In this document: one piece after another, positions 48,873-59,781 of the stretch | Numbering within the stretch: the stretch's first letter is position 1 | Layout: each line of letters begins with the position of its first letter | DNA from: an archaeon | GTDB lineage: Archaea; Nanobdellota; Nanobdellia; Woesearchaeales; UBA9642 | NCBI GenBank assembly: GCA_020057295.1 | Contig: JAGVGF010000001.1 | Coordinates: forward strand, 1 to 64,000 | Length of the DNA stretch: 64,000 bases | Direction: 5' to 3' | Made by a program: the position numbers and the translations under genes | The notes under the pieces: generated by a model | Database searches by the model: none | What the model was told of the DNA's origin: nothing | Seen by the model: the letters and a program-made list of their open reading frames with translations, nothing else

Positions 48873-51236
48873 ATGAAATATGTTACAAGTAAAAGAGGCA
48901 ATAAGAAGTTCAATAATAAAGGTCAGATAACAGTATTTATAATATTAGGTATAGTAATATTATTTATTGTAGCATTAGCAGTATACTTACAGCAATCAAA
49001 TAATCAAGTAAGACCTCCAGTACAACAATTAGTAGTTGATGAAGAAGTAAAACCTATTCAATTATATGTTACAGATTGTTTAACATCCACAGCTAAAGAT
49101 GCATTAATAAGATTAGGACAAAACGGTGGATATATTGATGTTACTGGAATGAGAATAGATCCTAGACCATACAATTCTGATGTATTGCTGTTTGAACCTC
49201 AACAAATGCCGTACTGGTATTATTTGAAATCATGCACACAATCTAAGAGTGGATGTTTAACCATAAGAAATCCTCCAGTATGTAATAACGGTGTTGATTG
49301 TGCTCTACCATACAAAGGTCCTGGAAGTATGGAAGAACAATTAAACAAATATATTGAGACACACATAGGAACTTGTATAAACAATTTTGCACCATTCAGT
49401 GAAAGATTTACCGTATTACCCGGGGAAATAAAAGTCGACAGTAGAATTGCGGAGACGGATGTAGGTTTTAAGTTAGATTATCCATTAAAAGTATTGGTTA
49501 AAGGATCAGACAGGCAATCAAACATACCATATTTTTATACTTCACATGATATAAAACTGAAAAAGATATACACATTTGCTCAAGAGATTAGAGATGCAGA
49601 AGCTAATTACACATTCTTAGAAAGAAATACATTAAATTTAATCACAATATATTCAGGAATAGATTCAGCTAAATTACCACCAGTATCAGGTATAGAAATG
49701 TTCACTTCAGGAAAAAAATATTGGATAAGAACAGAAGTAAAACAGAAATTAATGAATGATATATTACCATACACTTTATTACTTCAGATAATGAATGCAG
49801 GAAATGCTAAAACACTAACGAGCAGGAGTACAGATCCAAAATATATCACTTTTGAAGATGGATTATACAAGAGCATGAATTTAAAAGTTTCTAATAATAC
49901 ATATTTTGATTTAAACGCAAATATATATTATCCTCCAGGATCAGACATATACTTTAGAATAGGTAATAGTGAAGTTATTAAGCCAAAAAATTTTGATGCA
50001 GGAGATAGTATAATAATGAAGTTAGTAAATTTTGCAATGAGTGATTACAGTTTCAAATATGATATAACATATCCTGTAATAGTAAAAATTAGTGATCCAG
50101 ATGCCTTTAAAGGTGAAGGATTTACATTCAGTTATGCAATGCAAGCAAATATAAGACAGAATGTTCCAGTAAGTACTAATATAACTGTGGTAAGTGTTGT
50201 GGGTTCACCATCAATAGATTTAGAAGGAACACTGCAAAAAACTAACAGAACCATAAATATAGACACATACGATAAATATACAAAAAAACCTGTAGATGGT
50301 GTAATAATATCCTACAAATGCGGAGAACAATATAGTATAGGACAAACTGTAACAAAAAATAATAAAGCAGTATTACAAGATAGATTCCCATTCTGCGAAT
50401 TTGGTGGAGAAATAGTTTATGAAAAAGCAGGATATATGAGTGGAGCAATAGATTTTGACAATCCGGAAGGTTCAGATGAAAAATATTTTAGAATAGAATT
50501 ATGGCCTCTACAAGAAAAACATGTTAAAGTGTATAAGAGAACACAAACGGATATTAACAAAATCAGAAGAAGTGGTGTTGGAGGAATAGTGTTATATGCT
50601 ACATCATATACTAATATTACACCAAGTGAGAATGTGTTCTTAAACATTGCTAGAATTAAAGAGGATTCAAGAGATGGAGATGTTCCGTTAGTAGGATTTA
50701 TGGTATATAAACATAATAATGTTACTATAAGAACCATTACTAGGCAAGATCAAATCGATCAAATTAATAAATTATTTAGTGAAGGATTAATTGAGCAAGC
50801 TGTTAAGGATTCAATGCTAGCGGATTTAAATTTATTGCCTAATAATCCCGTGCAACAAATAGTTCAAGATAATCAAGAATATATTATGGACTTCGTTCCA
50901 GGCACATATAATATTGATGCATTTACAATGTATAATGGACCAGTAACTGTGGCTGCAGAAACAAAAACATTCTGTCCAGTACCAAAAATTTTAGGAATAT
51001 GTGTAGCTGGAGAAAAAACTCTAAACTTACCACAACAAAATTTTAGTAGTTGGATTAATGGCGGTGTAAAAACCAGCGTAGTATTAACAGAAAACGATGT
51101 ATATAGTAATAATACTTTAGTAATATTTGTTGCTGAAATGCCCTTGCCAACAAATTGGGACATGCTCGAAAAAAGTCCTACAATAGAAGATTATCAGAAA
51201 GATAAATTAGCGTTATTAAGACCCACAGTAGAGTAA
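48873..51236 (+). CDS. Large protein with class III (prepilin/archaellin-type) signal peptide; paralog of 55917-58244
   Basis: NKG|QITVFIILGIVILFIVAL; PIQLYVTDCL...LGQNGGYI, PYWYY and SMEEQLNKYI motifs. Confidence 0.82.
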   Translation: MKYVTSKRGNKKFNNKGQITVFIILGIVILFIVALAVYLQQSNNQVRPPVQQLVVDEEVKPIQLYVTDCLTSTAKDALIRLGQNGGYIDVTGMRIDPRPYNSDVLLFEPQQMPYWYYLKSCTQSKSGCLTIRNPPVCNNGVDCALPYKGPGSMEEQLNKYIETHIGTCINNFAPFSERFTVLPGEIKVDSRIAETDVGFKLDYPLKVLVKGSDRQSNIPYFYTSHDIKLKKIYTFAQEIRDAEANYTFLERNTLNLITIYSGIDSAKLPPVSGIEMFTSGKKYWIRTEVKQKLMNDILPYTLLLQIMNAGNAKTLTSRSTDPKYITFEDGLYKSMNLKVSNNTYFDLNANIYYPPGSDIYFRIGNSEVIKPKNFDAGDSIIMKLVNFAMSDYSFKYDITYPVIVKISDPDAFKGEGFTFSYAMQANIRQNVPVSTNITVVSVVGSPSIDLEGTLQKTNRTINIDTYDKYTKKPVDGVIISYKCGEQYSIGQTVTKNNKAVLQDRFPFCEFGGEIVYEKAGYMSGAIDFDNPEGSDEKYFRIELWPLQEKHVKVYKRTQTDINKIRRSGVGGIVLYATSYTNITPSENVFLNIARIKEDSRDGDVPLVGFMVYKHNNVTIRTITRQDQIDQINKLFSEGLIEQAVKDSMLADLNLLPNNPVQQIVQDNQEYIMDFVPGTYNIDAFTMYNGPVTVAAETKTFCPVPKILGICVAGEKTLNLPQQNFSSWINGGVKTSVVLTENDVYSNNTLVIFVAEMPLPTNWDMLEKSPTIEDYQKDKLALLRPTVE

Positions 51237-51249
51237 GAGATAAATTAAT

Positions 51250-54200
51250 ATGAAACGTTTAGATGATATGCTCCGTTTAAAGAATTTTATAAGATACTTT
51301 GCTATATTCTCTATATACTTAATTATTTCATTAACATTTATTACAGCACAAGCATTAGCAGTATTAACATATGATGTTAAGGGTGATGCAGGAACTGCAG
51401 GATTTGTTCATGGTAAAGATTCTTTAGGTTTTGGAGATAATATAGAAGTTAATGTAAAAGCAGATGTTCCTAACGTTAGTTTTGTAACAGCATCTAATGA
51501 TGAAATTCCGTTATCTTGTTCAAATAATGGCAATATTAGTGATTGCGTATATTATTTTCCTCAATCAGATATTCCTTCAGGAATATCACATGTACAATTC
51601 AAGTTAAGACAAGCTGCCCCAGGATTACCATCATTAATTAATGGAGAATTCTATATTGACACATATAGTCCAACAGGAACAATAAATGCTGTCAAAAGCA
51701 GTAATGGATTATTAGTATCTTACACAACACAAGATTATCTTACTAACACAGGAGAATCTGGATGCCAAGGTTCAGGCATAGGACATGTAGAGGTTATAGT
51801 TCAAGGTTCAATAAAATATTCTAGAGATATTACTACAAAAAATTGTACTGTTAATGATACATTCTACGTTAATATGACTAATAGAAATGATGATAAAGTA
51901 TTTTATTCAATGAAAATATTAGATAGAGCTGGCAATGAGTATAATACGGAACAACAAAATATTAGTGGAGATTTTAGAGCACCATTAATAACCGGTCCTT
52001 TTAAGATAATGCAAGGATTAACAGAATTATCTTCCTTCTCCTCAAGTGCAGATGTAACTGCGAACATAGTATTTACTATTGATGATAGAAATTTGAATGA
52101 CAGCACAGTATATGGCGATTTATCAAACGTTAATAGTAATCCTGCAGTAAGTTATGGTTATAAGAATGTAAAAGCATCATGTAACAAAGATAACAGTCAA
52201 ACATCTTATATATGCACATTCAGCAATATTATAATAAGACCATCAAACAGTACTCTTAGAATAATGGTCAATGCGACTGACACTGATGAAAATACTATGT
52301 CTACATTTCTTAATTCAAAAATTCTAACATTAAAAGATAACGCCGGTCAAGTATTATATCTTGGACCAGATACAACTCAATGTACAACAGACTTATCAAG
52401 ATGTTTCACAAAAAGTGGTAGAAATTTATTTTACATAGAATTAGATGGCACATCAAGTTTCAATAGAACATTATTAAATTTAGGTGTTGATGGTGAAAAA
52501 AGATTTGCAATATGCAGATTTAATGATCCTATCTGGAAATGTGCAGCCGTATCAGATGTACAGAATACTTCTAGCAGTATTAATTTGTATATGGCAGAGT
52601 CTTATGATGATTTTGGCAATGCAGTAATTACAAGTTTAGAGAGAAATATAGATGTTGATGATATTGCACCAGAAAATATTACGGTGTTAACTGTTGCTAA
52701 CAGTAATAATAATATTAATTGTTCAGTATCTGGAGATACATTAAGTATAAAGCTTAAAGTTAAAGAAGCAAATCCAGAAATAAAAATCTTTGTTAATACA
52801 AGTACATTTACAACAAAACCAGTTCAGACAGGAACATGCACACTTACTGGAACTTCATGGGATTGTGTATTAAATATTAAAGATTTTGTATCAACACCAA
52901 CAAATATTGTTGAAAATATTGTGTTAAAAGATTTAGCAGGAAATACGAGATCAATTCCATTTACATTCAATGTATGTCAAAGTTCAACAACAGCAACACC
53001 AGATGTTATATCAAGTGTTACTCAAAATAGTATTCCTTCAATAGATCGTAGAACAGCAAGTTACATGCCTGTAAAAGTCTATATTCCTGTAACAATCAAC
53101 AATGATCCTTCATCGACATTGATGTATCTAACAGTAGATAGATGTGTTGGCGGTAATATCGGTAATAATTTAGATTTCATGAAAGGTAGTGGAAATTATT
53201 TTTTCCCAAAATATGGTTCTAGTTCACAATTAGTATTAAGTGTAGGATATAGTGGAGCGATAATGCCTGAAGGAAGTGTAGATATAAACTGTACAGTGTC
53301 AGCTCGAGTAAGAGTTGGAGGAACAGTATTCTTAAGAGATGAAAAAGAAACGTTCACAGTAAAAGTTAATGCATTCAACAATCCATTAGGAACTCCAGAT
53401 TCAACAACAATCAGTGAACTACAAGCTGTGAAAGCACAATTAAGAGACATCGAAGCTACAGAAAAAAAATATGCCGATATTACAGGATTTTTTGATACGA
53501 TTTGTGGTATAGCAGAACTGCTAGGAACAATAAATAGTGTTGTGCAAGCGATTAGGGGAGTAATATGGGGAGTATTAGTGGTTCTTACATCAACTCAAAT
53601 ATTAAAAACTGGAGCAGAAGGAATTTGGAAGGCTATCAATCCATCACTTGGAGGATTCCATAGAATAATAGAAAACTATGTATGGCCTACAGGAATGTTA
53701 AATTTTAATTTTGGGATGCTTCTTAAAGGAGTATGTTTTGTTTACACATGTAAACATTTAGACTTCGGATCATACTTAAATGTAGGATTAGAATTTGGTG
53801 GAGGTGCAAATCCTTTCAGTAAATCTTTAGGACATACTGGCGGTAATTTGGGCAATTATCAATATATGGGTAAAGATTCTTTTCTTGACAGCGATGTTTC
53901 ATACAATATAGGAGGAGCTAATGCAGAACGCATGGTTAATGGTATTAATGCTCATCAATGGCTTGTCAATCCATATAGAAGCACACATTATGATGATACG
54001 TGTATGCCTGCAATATTGTTCAATACAAGAAAAGAAAAACAAATTAATTGTTTATATATGTCGTGTTTGCAAAATAATGTTAAAGCAGGATTGCCTGTGA
54101 CAGTATGTAAAAGGCAGAAAGCTATAGATTCATGTTTATATCTAGAGAGTGCAGAATATAAGTTAACAGGAGATAGCGCATTTGAAGAAATGTGGAAAAA

Positions 54201-54522
54201 CTTTTTTAAGCTTTTATTAAATAACTTAGCAGGAATTGGATTAAGCTTAGCATATCTTTGGGGATGTTCTGATTATTCAGCACCTGTTGGTGAAGATGAA
54301 TATAATGTTATAGAAGCATCATTAAGAGGAGTCTTATGCGGTATATCTGGAGCCGCATTAAACGCTAAAGAAGTTTACAATTCATTCCACAATCCATTAT
54401 TACAATTTTGGAACAAAAATAAAGAAATTAAGCCAGATTATTGTCAAGGATTAGATTGGAGCGAAGGAACAAGTGGAGGTGAAGGTAGTGCATACTATGG
54501 CGCAGATGACTTCACGGAATAA
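51250..54522 (+). CDS. Large secreted Cys-rich protein; paralog of 44035-48870
   Basis: Signal peptide ending AQALA, Ig-like beta region, hydrophobic helical stretch and TCMPAILFN...QINCLYMSCL motif. Confidence 0.8.
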   Translation: MKRLDDMLRLKNFIRYFAIFSIYLIISLTFITAQALAVLTYDVKGDAGTAGFVHGKDSLGFGDNIEVNVKADVPNVSFVTASNDEIPLSCSNNGNISDCVYYFPQSDIPSGISHVQFKLRQAAPGLPSLINGEFYIDTYSPTGTINAVKSSNGLLVSYTTQDYLTNTGESGCQGSGIGHVEVIVQGSIKYSRDITTKNCTVNDTFYVNMTNRNDDKVFYSMKILDRAGNEYNTEQQNISGDFRAPLITGPFKIMQGLTELSSFSSSADVTANIVFTIDDRNLNDSTVYGDLSNVNSNPAVSYGYKNVKASCNKDNSQTSYICTFSNIIIRPSNSTLRIMVNATDTDENTMSTFLNSKILTLKDNAGQVLYLGPDTTQCTTDLSRCFTKSGRNLFYIELDGTSSFNRTLLNLGVDGEKRFAICRFNDPIWKCAAVSDVQNTSSSINLYMAESYDDFGNAVITSLERNIDVDDIAPENITVLTVANSNNNINCSVSGDTLSIKLKVKEANPEIKIFVNTSTFTTKPVQTGTCTLTGTSWDCVLNIKDFVSTPTNIVENIVLKDLAGNTRSIPFTFNVCQSSTTATPDVISSVTQNSIPSIDRRTASYMPVKVYIPVTINNDPSSTLMYLTVDRCVGGNIGNNLDFMKGSGNYFFPKYGSSSQLVLSVGYSGAIMPEGSVDINCTVSARVRVGGTVFLRDEKETFTVKVNAFNNPLGTPDSTTISELQAVKAQLRDIEATEKKYADITGFFDTICGIAELLGTINSVVQAIRGVIWGVLVVLTSTQILKTGAEGIWKAINPSLGGFHRIIENYVWPTGMLNFNFGMLLKGVCFVYTCKHLDFGSYLNVGLEFGGGANPFSKSLGHTGGNLGNYQYMGKDSFLDSDVSYNIGGANAERMVNGINAHQWLVNPYRSTHYDDTCMPAILFNTRKEKQINCLYMSCLQNNVKAGLPVTVCKRQKAIDSCLYLESAEYKLTGDSAFEEMWKNFFKLLLNNLAGIGLSLAYLWGCSDYSAPVGEDEYNVIEASLRGVLCGISGAALNAKEVYNSFHNPLLQFWNKNKEIKPDYCQGLDWSEGTSGGEGSAYYGADDFTE

Positions 54523-55105
54523 AATAATATTATTATCTATATTATTATGTATATCTCTAGATTTAACACTAGCTGCCGATCCAACTCCTGTATCGAGGCA
54601 AAATGTTTGGGACAGGCAAAATTTGGGTGCACAAAACATATTTTTTACTAACTGGGGAAGATATAATAGATACACAGATATAATCGCTAATGAGCAACTA
54701 TTTTATCCTGTAGAACCTTGGGAGATTGAAGTTTGCACTAAAGATTTAAGCAGCGATGTTACTTTGAATCTTGGAGACGCAACACCTTCAGGTTTATCTA
54801 ACGGAGCATTATACAGTGATATTGCTACGGTGCAAGCATATAGAAGAACACCACTCAACGCCACGATAGATAATAAATATTTGTATGAAATATCATGGTA
54901 TTTTCATCCACAATCAGCAAACATGTTTTATTACATAAATATAACAGGACCAAGTGGCGAGGAAGTTGTTATAGATAAAGGAAGAGCAACATCAAGGGCA
55001 GGGGATTTTAGTTATAAAGCATTGTACTCTAACAGTACGTATAATAAAGTAAAAATAAAATATAAGAATAGCGTCATTGATAATATACCAATAATAATAA
55101 AATGA
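54497..55105 (+). CDS. Secreted hypothetical protein resembling the C-terminal domain of 44035-48870
   Basis: Signal peptide RNKIILLSILLCISLDLTLA; overlaps the upstream stop; start probably ATG 54497 or 54506. Confidence 0.7.
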   Translation: MAQMTSRNKIILLSILLCISLDLTLAADPTPVSRQNVWDRQNLGAQNIFFTNWGRYNRYTDIIANEQLFYPVEPWEIEVCTKDLSSDVTLNLGDATPSGLSNGALYSDIATVQAYRRTPLNATIDNKYLYEISWYFHPQSANMFYYINITGPSGEEVVIDKGRATSRAGDFSYKALYSNSTYNKVKIKYKNSVIDNIPIIIK

Positions 55106-55890
55106 AAAAATATGCTAATATACAACTAGAATCGTTGAAGTGTAGTTTGAAGTTTGATAAGATTAGTTTAAAATTAATATTGATTGACATACTCTTTATA
55201 ATATCTCTATTAGCATCATACGTTTTAATATACTTTTTATGGTCTAGAGTGTTGTTCTCTGCTTTTAGAGAATCTGGAGTAATAAACACAGTTCAAGCAT
55301 TAACTTTTACCGCCCTGCCTAGCACTCAAGCGACGCACATACAACAAAATTTTATTATAGGATTACTTTGCGTCGTGTTATTAAGCATAATATTATATCT
55401 ATTATTAATTAGTTTGTTTAGCAGTTATGGATCATCAGTATTGAACAACACAAAATACACTCTAAAATATTTCAAAAATACATTTTATATTTATACTTTA
55501 CTTACTATCTTATATTTATTTTTTATAATATTCTTATTTATCATATCAAAAAACATAATGTTACTCGCTTATGGTGTAATCTTTTTTACATTAATATACG
55601 CTTATTTTATGGTTGTATATTACTTTTTTTTAACCGATAAACATTCATTAATGATATTATTAGATAAGGGATTTAAGCATGCTGTAAGATTTCATTATAT
55701 GATAGTTCCCATAATTATTGCATTATTATGGTTAATTATATTCCCAGCAATACCTTATTTATTATTAAAAAATTATTTAATGCTTTTTATACCATTAACT
55801 TATTTGGTGTTATTATATTTTAGTCAATGGATAAAAAAATATTTGCACGAATTATTCATCAGAATAGATAAAGAATTAGAAAAAGTATAA
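55102..55890 (+). CDS. Polytopic membrane protein (~6 TM)
   Basis: 262 aa, strongly hydrophobic; start overlaps the upstream stop codon. Confidence 0.75.
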   Translation: MKKYANIQLESLKCSLKFDKISLKLILIDILFIISLLASYVLIYFLWSRVLFSAFRESGVINTVQALTFTALPSTQATHIQQNFIIGLLCVVLLSIILYLLLISLFSSYGSSVLNNTKYTLKYFKNTFYIYTLLTILYLFFIIFLFIISKNIMLLAYGVIFFTLIYAYFMVVYYFFLTDKHSLMILLDKGFKHAVRFHYMIVPIIIALLWLIIFPAIPYLLLKNYLMLFIPLTYLVLLYFSQWIKKYLHELFIRIDKELEKV

Positions 55891-55916
55891 TTTATTTTTG
55901 AATATTAATTTGATGT

Positions 55917-58244
55917 ATGGTGTATACTATGAGTAATAAAAGAGGTCAAGTAACAATATTTGTGATAATAGGAATATTAATAGTTCTAATTATAGGGCTC
56001 GGAATATATACTGCCACAAGGGTTACGGAAGAAAAAGTTATAATACCTCAATTACAGGGTGATGCTGGTCCAATACAGTTATATATAGAAGCATGTCTGA
56101 ACGAGGTAGGAACGCAAGGATTAAATGAATTAGGAATGCATGGAGGATACATTTATCCAACAAGTCCAGAATATACAGGAACCAGATTAATTTATGATCC
56201 TTACGAACCATCGGAATCAGATGGAACACAACTAGATATTAAAAATTTGAATAGTTCAATACCTTATTGGTATTATTTTAAATCTGAACAGCAGTGTTGG
56301 CACTGTCAATTTAATACAAACATGCCTACATTGAATTCTATGGAGCAACAATTAAATAAGTATATTAACAAAAATCTAGGATTATGCCTTAAAAATTTTT
56401 CATCGTTTGAAGATCAAGGTTATATTATAAAAGAATTAAATTCAGTATCTGCGGATACAAAAATTGCTGAATCTACCGTAAATTTTATGATAAATTATTC
56501 TATAGAAATAACTCGCAATAGAGAATTAACAAAGGCAGATTTATTTTATAAAGAAGTAAATATTCCATTAAAAAAATATTATACTATTGCTCGGAATATT
56601 ACTGCACTACAAGCAAATACGGGTTTTTTGGATGCATTCACGCTTTACTTAATCGGGCAATATTCCGGATTAGATTTTAAGAAACTTCCTCCAATAGGTG
56701 AATATAGTAGTGGTTATACTACGATATTTTGGTCAAAAACCAGTACTAAAATGAATTTTGAATCATTATTAATATCAAATATACCTTTATTCAGAATAAA
56801 CGGGACTTCAAATAACTTTAATATAACAAGAGTTCCTAGAACGAGTGTTGCTGGAAGAATGTATGCGGGAATGATATTGCATTTGATGAATATTCAAGAA
56901 CAAAAAGATTTAAACTTAGATACAAAAGAAGTAAACTTCATTTATTTAGGACAACCAACATATATGAATATTAATCCGAGTGATGGCGAATTAGTCAGTC
57001 CATCTGTAAGTGGAAAAAATATGGGAGATTTGGGTTCAACAACAGGAGGATTAATGTCTGGAGTAAAACCGGACCAATACTACAATTTCTTTTATGATAT
57101 ATCATATCCGGTAATAGTAACTATACAAGATAATACTCCGGGCAAAGAATATGTATTTGTCTTTGCTGTGCAAGCTAATTTAAAACAAAATAAGAGAATG
57201 AGAGATTGGATAGAAGGTAATGGTACAATAGATTGGTCTAGAGATTATGTTAAGATGAATATCAATGATCCTTCTGGTGGAGCCACATTATACGATCCTA
57301 TTAGTGGAGAAAATTATACTTTTACTCAATCAGGACCAACGAAGAAATTCTTCTGTAACTCTGATCAGAAACTTTCTGGTGAGATAAAATTAAGAACTTA
57401 TGATTCAATAACTTCACAATCATTAAACGAAGTAACTGTAACTCATAATTGTGGAAATTATGCTAGTTGCTATTTAGGCATATCGCAATACAATTCTACA
57501 TTTGATGAATCAATATTTTCTGATAAAATGCCATTGTGCGCTGGAGGATATTTGTTACTAGAAAAACCAGACTATCTTCCAAAGAGAATACCTTTAACAA
57601 CAAATTATGAGGAAAATAATAATTTAGGCGCAGTATATTTAGAACCTATATTTACAAAGAATGTTACATTAAAAAAATTTATGATACAGCGTGATTATAA
57701 GAATATAGGCCCAGCAACGGTTGCTGTAGGATACAAAATGTCGAATAGTTTTGAAGAATTAGGAAAAAATGATACGGTTGTATTAAGATTAACAAGAGTG
57801 ATAAATGATGTTATGGACACTCCATGGTCACAAACAATCATATTTGGAAAAGATGCTATGAATAATAAAACTCAGTTGATGCTTCCGGCCGGAAGATATG
57901 ATATAGATGCTCAATTAATGGATTATAATGGTGTTGTTATACCAAAAGAATGCAAGGCAGTATGTGTTGATGATAGTGGGTGGCAGATAATAACAGGATG
58001 TACAGAATATGACTACATTCCACCAGAGGATATACATATAGATGTTGCTATGTGGGGAGGAATATCATTTAAGAATACAACCCAAATATTTATTTCAGAA
58101 AACGATTTGATGAGTAATAAAACTTTAGAGTTCTATATTGTTAGAATGCCTAATCCTAGATGTTTAGACGATATGAATGAACCACAAATGACAGGATACT
58201 TTGCAAACAAATATAGGAATATATTAAGTCCTAAATTTGTATAG
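55917..58244 (+). CDS. Large protein with class III signal peptide; paralog of 48873-51236
   Basis: KRG|QVTIFVIIGILIVLIIGL; PIQLYIEACL...LGMHGGYI, PYWYY, SMEQQLNKYI and YDISYPVIV motifs. Confidence 0.82.
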   Translation: MVYTMSNKRGQVTIFVIIGILIVLIIGLGIYTATRVTEEKVIIPQLQGDAGPIQLYIEACLNEVGTQGLNELGMHGGYIYPTSPEYTGTRLIYDPYEPSESDGTQLDIKNLNSSIPYWYYFKSEQQCWHCQFNTNMPTLNSMEQQLNKYINKNLGLCLKNFSSFEDQGYIIKELNSVSADTKIAESTVNFMINYSIEITRNRELTKADLFYKEVNIPLKKYYTIARNITALQANTGFLDAFTLYLIGQYSGLDFKKLPPIGEYSSGYTTIFWSKTSTKMNFESLLISNIPLFRINGTSNNFNITRVPRTSVAGRMYAGMILHLMNIQEQKDLNLDTKEVNFIYLGQPTYMNINPSDGELVSPSVSGKNMGDLGSTTGGLMSGVKPDQYYNFFYDISYPVIVTIQDNTPGKEYVFVFAVQANLKQNKRMRDWIEGNGTIDWSRDYVKMNINDPSGGATLYDPISGENYTFTQSGPTKKFFCNSDQKLSGEIKLRTYDSITSQSLNEVTVTHNCGNYASCYLGISQYNSTFDESIFSDKMPLCAGGYLLLEKPDYLPKRIPLTTNYEENNNLGAVYLEPIFTKNVTLKKFMIQRDYKNIGPATVAVGYKMSNSFEELGKNDTVVLRLTRVINDVMDTPWSQTIIFGKDAMNNKTQLMLPAGRYDIDAQLMDYNGVVIPKECKAVCVDDSGWQIITGCTEYDYIPPEDIHIDVAMWGGISFKNTTQIFISENDLMSNKTLEFYIVRMPNPRCLDDMNEPQMTGYFANKYRNILSPKFV

Positions 58245-58300
58245 GTTCTAGAATAAATTTATTATAGATTTTTTTATCGTTATCTTAGAATTTTAATTTT

Positions 58301-59617
58301 CTATCCGCTGCTGTTAGTTTCATTTCCAGTATTTATTATATCCATGATGGTTACTGGTTCTGTGTATACTTGTTCGTATGTTGGTACTGTTGGATTACTA
58401 TTGTAAACGTTTGGATTGAATTGTTTACTTAATTCTAATATCTTTTCCGTATTATTTTCTTTATAGTATTTGTTCATTAACTGTACTATTCGTAATTGAT
58501 TGCAGAATTCTTTACTACTATTATCTGAGATTTTATCACATACATCAACATTGCCTTTCATTACAAATGCTAGATAACAATTATCTTTATATGTTGCTCC
58601 TGTAATCCTGTCACAATAATATATTTGTTGACTACTATCTGCAACTACACTATAACATATATCTTTTTGATCATTAACAAGTCTTGCACAATTAGCTGAG
58701 GCAATTTCTCCATTAGTTTGAGCTATTTGTCTAACATTAATTAATACATCACCAAATGTTTGACTAGTATTACGTGTCACTGTTCCTCCTGGTTTTGTTC
58801 CAGTTCCAGGATTTTGATTATTTGCTGGAGGAACGTATGTTATTGGTTTCTTTTCAGTAACTTTCTGTACAACTTCAAATTCAGCACTACTCTTAGCCTG
58901 CTTATTACTTCCATAATCTGCTATAGCTCTAAGATAATATTTACCCGGCTTAATATTTTGAGGTAATTGTATAGTTCTCGTAACACTTGCTGTTGTTTGT
59001 ACAGCAATAGTTTCTTCCTTACGTGTAATTATACTATCAGCATCATCTACAACCAAATATTTTATTGTGGCATCAAATCTAGATTCAGAACCCATATTAG
59101 TAATGTGCAATTGATATGAAACGGTTTCACCAGCCATAAACGAGTAAGCATTGGTATTTATAGCAATATCAAGCAATGATTCCTTAGTGCTGAACATGTT
59201 AAGATTAAATAGTCCAAAAACTACTACTGCAACAATAAATATTGAAGCTACGATACCAATAATAGTTCCCTTAGAGATGTTAACTTCGTGTTTAACATTT
59301 ATATTTACATTATTTAAGTCAGAAACAACTTTATTAACAATATTAGGACTAAAACCTTGACTAACTAAGGCATTCTTAATCAAATCAATATTATATCCAC
59401 TATTTAACTGAGTCTGAATATAATTGCGTAATTGTAATTCTAGAGCAGGATTAATAACTAAATTAGATCCGGTATTAGAATTAATATAGTTTATAGCGTC
59501 ATCAATATCTTTTTCAGAAATATTATTAGCTAATAAGAACTGTTTAATCTTATCTATACTATAACCTTGACTAATGTAATGCTGAATATAATCAACAACT
59601 TTAGGATTAATAACCAC
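58301..59617 (-). CDS. Single-pass membrane protein with two N-terminal helical repeats, an Ig-like domain and Cys-rich repeats
   Basis: 'YI.....GY.I(D)..K..L' occurs twice, followed by TM IIGIVASIFIVAVVVFGLF, 'PGKYYLRA' Ig strand and C..I......D.CY repeats. Confidence 0.75.
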   Translation of the reverse strand: MVINPKVVDYIQHYISQGYSIDKIKQFLLANNISEKDIDDAINYINSNTGSNLVINPALELQLRNYIQTQLNSGYNIDLIKNALVSQGFSPNIVNKVVSDLNNVNINVKHEVNISKGTIIGIVASIFIVAVVVFGLFNLNMFSTKESLLDIAINTNAYSFMAGETVSYQLHITNMGSESRFDATIKYLVVDDADSIITRKEETIAVQTTASVTRTIQLPQNIKPGKYYLRAIADYGSNKQAKSSAEFEVVQKVTEKKPITYVPPANNQNPGTGTKPGGTVTRNTSQTFGDVLINVRQIAQTNGEIASANCARLVNDQKDICYSVVADSSQQIYYCDRITGATYKDNCYLAFVMKGNVDVCDKISDNSSKEFCNQLRIVQLMNKYYKENNTEKILELSKQFNPNVYNSNPTVPTYEQVYTEPVTIMDIINTGNETNSSG

Positions 59618-59781
59618 TCACCCAGTATTTCATAGAATCAAGTATTTTTAAAGGTAATGATTCTATTCATAATACTTATTCTATTAATATTTTTGCAAGT
59701 GTTATGACTATGGAGTCAAAAGGGTAAAATTTAAATATGACGTTAAATAAGAACGTATAATTAAGATTAAAGGTGATGTTT

